From positions 17,918,001 to 17,982,000 of the forward strand of contig OZ260662.1 in the NCBI GenBank assembly GCA_965285935.1: a DNA stretch of 64,000 nt. Direction: 5' to 3'. The position numbers were made by a program, and so were the translations under genes. Shown here piece after piece: positions 1 through 11,488 of the stretch (position 1 is its first letter; each line of letters opens with the position of its first letter). Source of the DNA: Ophelia neglecta. Its lineage: Eukaryota. The notes under the pieces were generated by a model. That model was not told the origin of the DNA and made no database searches. It saw only the letters and a program-made list of their open reading frames with translations.

Positions 1-709
1 ATGAAACAGCTTGCCATTTAAACTTCAAGCATAAGTAAGCACATGACAATTTCATATTATATCTAATATGCGAGTATTAGTCTCGGTCCTGGTGACTCTT
101 AAATGCGTAATGTGTTATATCATTTCTAAGAAGAAAAACAGTCAACCTATTAAGCCGGAAGTGCCCTCCGAGATGCCCGTGTATGGTAATGACAGACTTC
201 AAGCCGTGCTATGCAAAGTGGCGGAACTATTGCGAAGAAGGCACAGCGTATCTTTTTAGACGTATTTTGAGATTATCACTATTAGTTTCTTGTATTACTG
301 TTCGATAATAGGTAATAACTAATGTCCGCGAGTACGACTCTCCCCCTTTCTAACCCTCCCATCCCCATGCTCGGGAATAATCTGCCTCATGTGTGGCTGA
401 AAAGTAACCGGGTTAATGTTGTACTCCCCAAGTTATTGAAAGCCTTTATTTTGGAATTCCAGCCAACAGTGACAAACAAACAATGTCCCCCACTGTATTC
501 CCTTAATAAATAAGAATCCAAGCTCATAAATTGTTGTCGCTTGGCGCTGTGAATGATTTGTCTATTTATAGTGTTTCTGGATTTCTAAGTAAATATAATT
601 CTTAAACTTAAATTTGCCGTATTTGTGAGTGACAAAACCGACAAAACAAGCTTGACATTCCCTGTTAATCTTTATAACAGCCAAACACAGTGTGTCCTGA
701 TAGGAATGC

Positions 710-1382
710 TTGTTACTTCCCGCGACAAAGCATGCATGTCCTCTCACTCTCAGCGATTATTTCGCGGAGAAAGATAGTGACAAAATGGTGTACTTGCAGG
801 TGATAATTTTTTGCCTACCAAGAATCCCAACATGCAGCGTTTCTCGTCAGATGGCGGAAACAACAATACTCGCTCATGCATATGCCCTATTATTTCAACT
901 AAATGACACTTATTAAATATGCATAGAACACACGGATACATGAACGCTGAACTTCAGTTATATATTCTATTTGTGCAATTAGTTTATTTGTATTTCTGAT
1001 TTTGTTTCCAGATTTAACTCATACAGAGACGAAGGTTTCAAAAGGCATTTTTTCCCTTAACTAAACATCAATGATTTGTCGCCGGATGATCATGCCATTT
1101 GCAATGTAAATGTCCATTATCGTAAGTAAGAGTGATGTTATAAATAATTGCGGCTATAACATGTTATTATCCTAAAAAGCAAGCTTCCAATATATTTAAA
1201 AAGGTTTTGTTTGCTTGTTTCATATGTCGTGATAGGAGAGCATTTTCAGCCGCAATTTAACCTGAGACTGATCATTTCGAGCGCGGCTATGAACCACCAG
1301 GTTAGCAATATGCATGGCTGTTGCTTCCCGCGACAAAGCATGCATGTCCTTTCACTTTCAGCGGTTATGTCGCGGAGAAAGT
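710..1382. repeat. ~65-bp direct repeat pair (~710-773 and ~1321-1382) with internal stem potential
   Basis: CTTCCCGCGACAAAGCATGCATGTCCTyTCACTyTCAGCGrTTATkTCGCGGAGAAAG occurs twice; copy 2 has CCGCGACA..TGTCGCGG arms. Confidence 0.8.
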
Positions 1383-2964
1383 TATTTTGCTACACAAAAG
1401 GGATAACGCAGCTTTTAGTCCGAGTAATTGTTATTTTATCTTTGCATTAATTAATTTTACTGTGTTTTGCCTTGTGTTTACTGATTATGCTGTCGTGCTT
1501 TTACTGTGTATAAACAATCCATATACAAACTCAACAGAATACAGACGGCCATTATAAATTTAACAAAATGTAAATTGAATTTGTCTTATAAGTCATATGA
1601 TGATTTATGTATAATGCAGAAGGTTGAAACTGTAATTTCTTTCATTGGGCATACATGTAGGAACAATCCCTCTTTGTGCTACTGCTCACCTTTTCTCCAC
1701 GCACGGTAGAGCAGTTTATTAATCCTTCACGTACACCACATCTACAAAGGCTGCGCTATTTAGCGACTGGACAAAGAGTGCACCTCGTGAAGGGAACTTT
1801 TCACTTCAATTATGAAGTGTGGGTTCATTTCAACCGATAGAACGCAGGAGTGAAAGTGGACAGCCCCATGAATCTTGGTTCTATAAGCAGATAGCATCGC
1901 AGTAGAATGGCAAATCACACTAACCCGGGATCTGCAAAGGCTCTACCTAGTTACTGTGAAATTACAAAGATCAAGTAAAGTAACTCGGCAGCAGTCAGAA
2001 TTTACGCAAACTAGTGTCATGTGAACAGAGTCACGGGCAAAGTTTACAATTACTCTTGTTAGATTTTACTTTCATCATATTCTCAAAATATAAAGACAAG
2101 AGATGGCCATTTAAAATGCGTTTTGCTCACATTTTGGAGTTAACGTGGTTTGCCCTTTGCACGGCACATGTGTCGACCTTTGAATTACTTCTGTTCTCCC
2201 TTCAAGCAATATATCATTGAAAATAGACACAAACCAATGAATATTATAGCACCAAATGTGTTCTCCCTAGCAGCAGCGCTGCTATATGCAATGCTCTGGC
2301 AGCTAATGCTGATCGCATGCATCAGAAGCACCTCAATAGGAGCTAAGGCTGCATTCATCGCGGAAGTATCTGACAAACAAGAATCTAACACAAGCGTATA
2401 GACGAGTGAGAAAACAAATAAAAACACAAGTAAGAATAATTCCGTGTAGAATGGGACCAGGTGCCACAGTTTTTAACGGAAAACCTGCTGGAATTGACTG
2501 TTTATAGTGATTAACCGAGGTGGTATTGCAGTTATTTGCAGGATCCCCTCCAATGACATTGGATAGGTCACATTTCGGGCAGTGACTGTTCCCCACAGTG
2601 ACCATATTATTTGTCGTCTGGCATTATATATCTACATGACATGTGCCTTGGAGGGACGAATGAGTTGTGAACATTACAGCGTGAATCAGGTGATTCCATT
2701 GACTGATTTATAATGATAGGACTAGACTTTACAATTAATAAGAGAACAGAATTCCTTTTTTTGGGATTTTATGTTTACGCTGCATGTACCTGTGCCTTTA
2801 AAGTTGACGAGTGAACGCGGTAATATACACTGTCGGTGTTTTGGTGTAATATATATTTATTTCGTTTGCCCCGTTGATCCTGTGTCTTCTTTGTAATAGG
2901 TGTGCAATCGATTTTACTAGCTTCGTACATTTCCTCGAACGAATGCCAGTACTTATACTTCAAA

Positions 2965-5900
2965 ATGTGCAGGACACTGGCAGCAGTATGTTTGTACATT
3001 TGGATTGATTTCTATATGGCTCGGGACACAGCTGCCCTCTCTAATCTTGTTCATTCGGTGAGCAAGGCACTGGATGGTAGGTGGATTACATACGTACCTA
3101 CCGGTATTGTATGCAATTACTGATATATTTTCTTCTCATCACGTAAAATACCCTTGTAATTGAAATGTTAAATCAAACATCTTTGGACTTTATAGCATCG
3201 ATTTCATATTTATTTAGTGAGAATGCTACCTATATTTCTATGCATTCCCGTGTTTTTGAATTAGCAATAAAAAGTATAGAAATTGCAATGGTAAAATTGC
3301 TTAGACCCCTTCAAATGGTGCGAATAATAGTTAATTGCTTACTTTTACAATGTAGGAAGTAGGGATGTCTCTTTCTTGGCTTATAGTCTAATAGCGTTTA
3401 GCACAATGCCAATTAGTATTATCCCCGATAAAACTATACAGATTTTCACTTTTAACCATCCGTATTATACATACATTCCCAAATCGTTTCCTTTTCATTT
3501 ATGTTTTTACGTTGAAGATTATAGAGGCGTAAAAATCGTCAAAAGTTACTGTTTTTAAATGTAATTCACTAAACCACTGAAGACACTGTCTTTGCAGCAC
3601 AGATCACATGCAGTAACGAATGGTCGAAAACAGACATTTTATTGAGCAATATTTCAAGTTGATGGTTATTTAATGTTTACAAATATAAACAAACAGCAAT
3701 AGTTCACTGTTTCTTCAGTTTCTTGGGAAATATATCGGGAAAGCCAGTACACGTTTATGTTTGACGTACCACGGACTGTGGATTCAACCCGTAACAACGC
3801 CAATCGGTTTTGCCTTAGCCTGGGGGCGGCTCTTGTCTCAATTCAAACGAACGAGGAACTAGATTGGCTCAAAGATAGAATCAAACAAAATGTGGCGTCT
3901 ATCGGAGAAGAATTGGTTCACCAACAATGGTGGACATCTGGCAAATTCGACTACGGTATCTGGGCTTGGGATGACCAAAAACTTACTCCAGGTATGTAAC
4001 AAAGTATGGTTTTTTATGGTACCTTACCTTACTCTTCATTGGTCAGCAGTCAAGGTATGTGGTATTTAAAAAAGCAATTAAACGGCCTGTATTTATCATT
4101 ACCAGTGACTGTAACTGCATTGATGAAGCGCACACCAGGAAAGGAAGACCATCAGAACTTCTTGGCATTAACCCACAGTCATGAAAAATGGCGTTTAAGA
4201 GGATTTTCTCAGAACTATAAATTCAGATTTATTTGTGAAAAAGGTAATTCAAATGTCATTCTTTCTATTAGCATGTTACAGATTTAAACGTCCAAAAGAA
4301 TGTCGCTTTATTTGCTCCGTGAATGTCTGATTCCGAGGAGCTTTGATTATATATGCTGTTGGCCTATCAGAGCTGCCGGATGATAAGTTTGACCCAACTC
4401 TTCCCATTGAGACAAGGCTTATGAAACATCTTTCGCGGGAGTACGATGTGAGGGTGCGAGACTTCAAGAGACGTGATAAATCATTGAACCTTAAAATGTC
4501 CCTTGCTCTAAAAGGCATTTTAAAACTGGTAACTAAATTATTTCTCTGAAATCAACTGAGGTTTACGCCAATTTTACACTATGAAAGAAGGACACTGTTT
4601 ACATAAGTGAACAAATTGGCGTTTTATTTGTGGGTATAATATGAAAAAATTGTGTTTCTCCTTCGTGGAAAACCAATTTGGAATCTACTTCCACGTTGCA
4701 CTAACGGCTAGTAATGTCGATTGCAGCTGTCAAGGCTAATTGTACTTTTTATTTTGTGTTGAAGGACGAACAACGCCAGGTTTTGAGCACCGCTGCAAAA
4801 ATAAATATGGTAAGGCTTATATTCAATATATTTTTTTTGCATGTAGGTGTCCTGTTTGTTGTAAGATAGGTGGTCTATTTGGCTGCTTTATGGTGAATCT
4901 CATTTTAAGCGCGATATAGAAAAATATCATAAGGACACACGTTTGTTTGCCATAATGGGTTTGATAGTAAAGAGCTGTTCCCTTTGAATCTAACTATAAG
5001 GAATGGTTTGACGCGCAACTGACCTGGAGTCCCGTTGACTTTCACAACTTGTCTGTGGTTCACTGCCACCGAGCTGAGATCTGGGTCCCTGAGGTCCTCC
5101 TACTTAACAGGTGACCAACTGCAGCAATGGTCTTATATCGCAATAGGAGCGGCATATATTATTTAAAGACTAATTCATTGTAGTTGGAAAACAAATTAAA
5201 TTATTTATCCATTTACAGCTTAGATGATGACCCTTTAGGTAATAGAATCAAGGATCACATGTGGGTGACGGCAATGGGAGTTGTCCGATGGCAGCCTGAG
5301 GGCGTATTTCATACATCATGTCATGTTAAAATTCGTAGATTTCCTTTCGACGACCAGCTGTGCACAATCGTATTCGGCACAAATCACCAAAACCTCGTCA
5401 ATATAGAATTTAGCGTTTTGGATATTGGGATAGATATCACCAACATGAGACCAAATAACGGCTGGTATATAACAAGGCGAGTATAAGTGCTTTATTTTAT
5501 ATCTATTATCAAGTAGAAATGCAAAAAGGGACATTATATAATGAAGTGTATGCCTATGTCTTCAAAAATGTTTCTGCGTTAATGTTTTTTTAATTTATGT
5601 TCATGAACAGTATACGAATTGCAACAACAAAAAAACAATGCTGCCAAGAAGATGCGCCACCCGAGATGCATTTCACAATACATCTTAAACGCCGTAAAGC
5701 ATACTACATAGTTTCCCTGGTGATACCTTGTTCACTGTTGTCAGTTCTTCTATGGTTCAGCCTCTGGATGCCCTACAGATCGGAGGAGAAATTAACCTGT
5801 ATTTTGTCTGTTCTTCTGGCATTTTGTATAATACTCAATATGGTAGTCTCAGCTATTGCGAAGCAATCCGATGATATACCTTTGATAGGTAAGTCGGACA

Positions 5901-6811
5901 AAAAGAGAGTATATTGAAACAAACGCTTTTAGCATTATTTTGTGAACAATTGCTTTTAGGAAGTTTCAAGAAGGTCTCCTACTGAGAAATATCACCTATC
6001 TTCGCCTCTCAAAAAAAGCCTTGTCCTCTTCTTTTGATCAATGTATATACCTGTACACTCCGGTGATATAACGATTCTTCTTATTCTTTCCGATACCATT
6101 CCTACAACAGCTCATTTGAGTTTGTCTGACTAATTATTTTCTGTCTTTCCTTCGTCAGCCATCTTTGTTGTGTCCATGTTGGCAGTTGGGACGGTCGGAG
6201 CGTGCATTGCCATCCTTGTCACAGCCCTCCGACATCAAGACACGGTCAAAAAGTCCAGCACGTCGCGTGCCAATTTACTTCCCTGTTTTAAAAAAAGGCC
6301 CTCGCAACCTAAGATAGGCAGTATTAACATTGATTCGGCATGTAATCTTTACTCAGAGTGGCACAATCCATGCCTGCCTCAAGTACCATGCCAAAGCAAG
6401 TATCATAAAATGAATTCCACACACTGTGAAAGACGGGGAGCTAGTCGAGTAAGTTCTTACTCGTTCGACACACTGAGTGTGGAAGGTGAGACCAACTTTG
6501 ATGTCGAAGTGGATTATGATGTGATAAGTAAAGAGACGGGGACAACACGATCACAAGAACGTGTCTGCTACCAATCCCGCCGCTTAGACAATGCTTTCTT
6601 GGACAAAGAAATACTCTCGGTCCTTCAACGAACGGACCTCTTCAATTACAAAAAGGGAATAAACTCGAAGAATGCCAAAGACATTGATCACATTAAAGAA
6701 AAATCTGTGGGGGATTATTCTTTAGCAAGAAAAGTGGATTTTGTGTCATCATCGGTGCTGACGGTTATTTCACTAGTTGTTTTAATCACTTTACTATGTA
6801 TACCAGTTTGA
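2965..6811 (+). CDS. CTLD-fused nicotinic acetylcholine receptor-like (Cys-loop) ligand-gated ion channel subunit, 9 exons, 674 aa
   Basis: Manual splice model: 2965-3076, 3719-3991, 4106-4243, 4371-4528, 4765-4809, 5001-5110, 5219-5476, 5611-5888, 6159-6811 = 2025 nt, open throughout with matching intron phases. The introns are GT-AG except one GC-AG. Domains: CTLD (ANRFC..LVSIQTNEE..WWTSG..FICEK); ligand-binding domain (DEQRQVLS, EWFDAQLTW, IWVPEV, Cys-loop CHVKIRRFPFDDQLC, vicinal CC); M1-M3 (KRRKAYYIVSLVIPC, EEKLT..VLLAF, SDDIPLI); M4 (ARKVDF..LLCIPV). Exon 1 (weak signal peptide) is the least certain exon. Confidence 0.88.
3719..4243 (+). other. C-type lectin-like domain (exons 2-3 of the gene above)
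   Basis: SWEIYRESQY..ANRFCLSLGAALVSIQTNEELDWL..WWTSG..WAWDD and ..FRFICEK follow the CTLD pattern. Outer Cys pair present; inner Cys pair, EPN/QPD and WND motifs absent. Confidence 0.85.
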
Positions 6812-9189
6812 GGGATATTTTTTCATTGTACGAACAGTGATTTGAGCCGATTGCGGTTGTGACAAGATCAGTGTGTGCTTACTGAAAACACAATTGCTTC
6901 TGGATAATATACAATGATAATATTTACTTTCTTAGCCATTGGCAGATATTAATTGTTTTCCTAAACTTCGTTTTAGTTCGCAAACAGATAAGTAAGAGCT
7001 AGCCATTAATTCATTTATTAAACCAGACATGGTCCTCCTGTCTGTAGATAGTAAAAGCATCGTTTTTGCGCCTAAATCAAGTAATGTTTCTAAGAAATAA
7101 TGATTAATGTGTGCAAAACTGTGTTTTGTCACGTACCACTTTCAGTTCCCACAACAGGGTCTTGAAACCCACATACATGTAGTTAAATTTTATGAGAAGC
7201 TAGTAAATTGAAATTAAAGTGGGGAACTTGTTCACTAAAAAATTATTGCGTTGTTCATCGGCGTCCAAATAATTTTAGAGACAATATAAACAAAGCCAAT
7301 AATCAACTGGCGTTAAGCTAAGGTTAACCACTCTTTAAGGCTATTTTGTCGTCGGTTCCACGTTAAACATGTTTCCCCCTGAGGCCATGTTGGACTAAAC
7401 ATCAAGCGTTATTGCTAGGACATCGCTCTCGTTAAGAAACACATAGACCTGATAAAAAGAATGTACTGAATAACAACGTTTAAAGGGGTAAGTGTCGATA
7501 GAGAACAACATCGGAATACTAGGTGGTGGGATTATTAGCAAGCTTTTGCAAGCTACTAGTAAACTGCAAAGTATATAAATTTCGTCAAAACCCAATCTTT
7601 TTTAACATATTATCATGTAGGCCGTAAAAGCTCATTAAGTTTAAGAACTCGTGATACTTGTTTGGGTGCGGTTACGTAAGTGGGAATTTTGATTCGTTTC
7701 CACCCAAAAGAAACTACCTGAATGAATCGTTTTGGAAGAAATATCCATCCTTGGAATGGATAAATTGGTCCCACGTTCGGTATACGCTGCTTGTGGATGG
7801 TTCTTTGGTTATTTCAAATGCTACCTAATGTTATGCATTTCACTGTTATGCCTGCTGATACATCGTTACTATTGATTATGCAGGTAATGTATCTGATATG
7901 ATAATTATAAACACCCTAAATAATATCCCTAACAACTTAAAGCTACGTTGGTGGTTAAAATCTCAAATGGATCGGTAGCCCTGGTGGCGTCAGCCATCAA
8001 TGTGTATGCCTTAGACTTGCGAACCGCCTAAAACCGGTGTTCAAATAAAGGCATATCGCACATGTTACGTTTTATCCTAGTATAATAGCCCAAGAAATAC
8101 CACTAGTAAACATTGCAGCTGTAGAGTTTTGATTAAATTAACAGTCTCCGCGGACTGCCACCTAACAGGTATCCTCCCCATCACAGTGCAGGAATAGCTG
8201 CTTTCAGTAAACGTGATTCCCTCCTATTAATCGCAAACATGAATGTGAGACGCGAAGAGTGTATAACCACACACGAAATTCGCGTTGATACGTCCCTGCC
8301 AGTATTCCCTGTCTTAACATGCTAATCTTTCCGAATCTCATAACAAAAAATAATGATAACTATGTTATAATTTTCGTATTTTGTTATCATATAAATCTTG
8401 AACGAAACCTGGAAGGGATTTACGCTTGTAATGTTAAACATTTGTACGTTAAATAAATACTTCTTGACAATGGCATAAAATTGAAGTTTGACAAACCTCT
8501 AATTGGTTCAATATCGTTTTAGTAAACGAGTCATCAACATTCCCAGAACTAAACCCGGAAGCAACAAGGCAATACATGAACCCATGAAATAAGTATTCTA
8601 TCCTTTTTCATTTGAAAGCGATGACTACGCTAAGTTGTAGTTAATCTACTAATATTTATTAAGGTTACCAATGGAGAAGCATGTTGTTTTAGAAACATAA
8701 TAAGAAATGGTAAATTGGTGCATTGCTATTATTTTTTTTTGCATGAACGTATAAGACCAATCATATATCTTTCACTTTTTGATGGTGTCCTTAAACAATT
8801 CGTTACTGAGAAGGAACTCAGCTTAGTTGGTATGTACACATCACATATTTGTCTACTTGAAAGACGTTATTAAACTGCCAATATGTTATAAGGGCATAAG
8901 TGGAAATTCTCCACGCGATGTGTTGATGCCTGCACCAAGCATGTGCCTTAAGGTGCAGCTATGTTATTCTCATGCATAATTCTCCACTGGTCATTACCGA
9001 CTCTGTACATCTTGGCAACTGGCCACCCCAGGACGTTTTCGGTCAGACTACAATATTTTTTCTCAGAGGTAAAAACTCGCTTTCCGCTCGATATGTATCG
9101 CTCCGAGTTACCGTCTCCGAGTTACCGGCTGGATTATAAACCGCAATGCCATAAAATTAGCAATTATTTACCTACTTTTAATTGCCAGG

Positions 9190-9850
9190 GCTTCGACTTG
9201 ATTGATGGCAGCCCCAAGTGCCTAATCTACTAGTGGGAACATGAGGTGATGCGTCCTGGGCAAGTTTAGTGCAAACATCTTCATGACCAGCATGAAGTAA
9301 ATGGATCGACAAGACAGCGTTTTCTTCTAGGCATATTGGGGTAGCTGTGAATATCAACCTTACATGGATATCCGAAGCCCTGCGTCGTCTTAAGAGGAAT
9401 GGGTTTACAAAATGTCTGATGCATTCTGAAAATTATGCAAAGTGACAAATTTTGCAGCTTGGGTAATGTGTTTGTGGTTGTAGTTCAGTCCCGGTTGACG
9501 TCCAGAACCTCCATCTGCGATTTCCCGCTGCCAGGTGTATAAGGGTACCACATGCATCATTTGTTCATGCTATGGCCTGGCTGGAAACGCTTCTGACATA
9601 AGACAAATGCCGCCGACACACGGTTATGTTTTGGCTGTACACTTAATAATGTGTCAACCATTATCGCAGTACGTGAGATGAACAATCCCTAGCCACGCTC
9701 ATGATTGGTAACCGAAGAATAATCAATCTAAAAATAAAATAAATATTTTCGGTAATCAAACAGGGTAGCAACTAGAGTGAAATGAATTTTTATGAAAGAC
9801 TGCGAACATGATTATCCAGCTGATGTTCTTATATTACAATAAAGGATTAT
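9190..9850. repeat. Diverged local duplication: ~9190-9380 similar to ~13900-14075; ~9395-9850 similar to ~21745-22125
   Basis: Shared blocks such as GATTGATGGCAG..ACTAGTGGG.ACA.GA..CGTCCTGGGCA.GTT.AGTGC, AAAGTGACAA..TTGCAGCTT.GGTAAT and CTGACATA.GACAAATGCC. Confidence 0.75.
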
Positions 9851-10113
9851 TAAAGTGTTGTCGAAGGCCTGTTATCATTATTATTATTATCATTAAAAAA
9901 AATTTCCATCCTCTAACGTCACTAGCCTGGCTCTTTGTATAATAAGACACTATTGTATTCGATGTTTGGTATAAAGCCGAAGGCTTTTTCATATATTGTA
10001 TATATCGAAATAAGCTTTACATACACTTGAAATGCTATTGTATTAGCAGAAATGGAGCATCCAGAGTAAAGAGTTGAATAAGTTATACATAAGATTGCCG
10101 AATAGAAAACATA

Positions 10114-10195
10114 TGGAATCGTTTGAATTTGAACTCACGTCTCCTAAGACACTGGTGCCTTAAACCATCGCTTTAGATCGCTCGGCTACGCTACC
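10114..10195 (-). pseudogene. tRNA-Leu(AAG) pseudogene
   Basis: 82-nt colinear match to the intact copy at 25164, with many substitutions in the T arm and acceptor stem; anticodon loop TTAAGGC. Confidence 0.85.
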
Positions 10196-10979
10196 CAGTT
10201 CACATACTTCGTGAAATCCTATTTCAAAACAACTTTGTGTGCATCTGGTTTATCTCATATTACTTTAAATTCATTCATTGTGATGAGAAAGAAAGGCAAT
10301 GAATGTGGGCTTCCCACTAGAAAACCTGGGTAATACAACTTCATTTATGATTTAACACAGTAGAGTAAAATTCGTTTTTAAAAACAAGAACAAATTGTAC
10401 ATAAACATTAGGTGAGTTACAGTAACACTGCATACAAATAACCATTATAGCGGTGCATTTAAAATTGGAACATAAACTTTTATCGTAAGGGTAAAATGAT
10501 AAGACTGTTTAGAAAGATATTGTGTGGGGAGTTCTTTAAATACAAGTATATCTATAACTTATTTCATTCATTAAGATTATTCCAAATTTAAACAGAGCGT
10601 GACGTTATGTGTGACGATAGCTTCCTAGAAAATGAGTCATGATGACATTGAAGGTGAACGGGATGGTAGGATTAATACCTGCCCGGTCGTTGTACCGACA
10701 AGAAATTAGCTTTGTATCAGCGAAAATATGTATATCATTTACGAGTACACTCGAAAATATAGCGATATATATACAGTATATACAAAAATAACTGACAAAT
10801 AAGTACAAAACAATTGGTTTAAAACCCCATTATAATGAAGGCTGAAGGCAATTACCTGCACCAAGAGGGAAATATATATTTCTTATTGTATATATCATTT
10901 GTTGGAATTGTGCAATTATATATTCATTATTTAAATCATATAGGGTTATATCCGTCCTTACCTACAAAATTGAGTGAAC

Positions 10980-11047
10980 AGCGGTCTAGGTCGATGGTTT
11001 AAGGCGCCTGTTTCTTTGGAGGCAAGGTTTGATTCCCACCGCTGTCA
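10980..11047 (+). pseudogene. tRNA-Leu(AAG) pseudogene, 5' end degenerate
   Basis: AGCGGTCTAGGTCGATGGTTTAAGGCGCC..GGTTTGATTCCCACCGCTGTCA. Confidence 0.75.
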
Positions 11048-11329
11048 TATATCTTTTACTCAATATTAAGGATATTTATCAGCTATCTTATTATAGGTTT
11101 CGGTCTGGATTTAACATACGTAAATCGTAACAGAAGAGTGTTTGCAATTAGGTGATTGATTGCATTATAGTCTGTCCCAGTATCCGTAAAAAAGCACATG
11201 TAATATTCAACATAGTTAGGTGATTGATATAAGTATATAGTATGATATTCAGTATTGGTGTCCAAAACCCTCGTAAAATTTGGCTTTATTTTCCTATGCC
11301 TTATCTTACGTTGAATGTAAGATAAGACA

Positions 11330-11488
11330 ATTTACTGCGTGGAATTAAACAATCCAAAAAACTGCGTGCCTTTACACTATTCGAGGAATAAGGCTTCTTA
11401 CCGCGTGGAATTAAAGGACGTGCGCAAGTAATTAGCCGACCTTCTGTGGGGAATTAAAATTTGCGCGAAATTATCAGCTTTTACCCTA
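11330..11488. mobile_element. MITE-like repeat, partial (family also at 53541, 54214 and ~63478)
   Basis: Ends GCGCGAAATTA..TTTACCCTA; internal GCGTGGAATTAA and TTAGCCGAC motifs shared with the other copies. Confidence 0.6.

Noticed and set aside
2420-2700. Extra upstream coding exon of the CTLD-channel gene
   Set aside because: Splice-like sites exist, but all three frames after the acceptor hit stops; at most a UTR exon.
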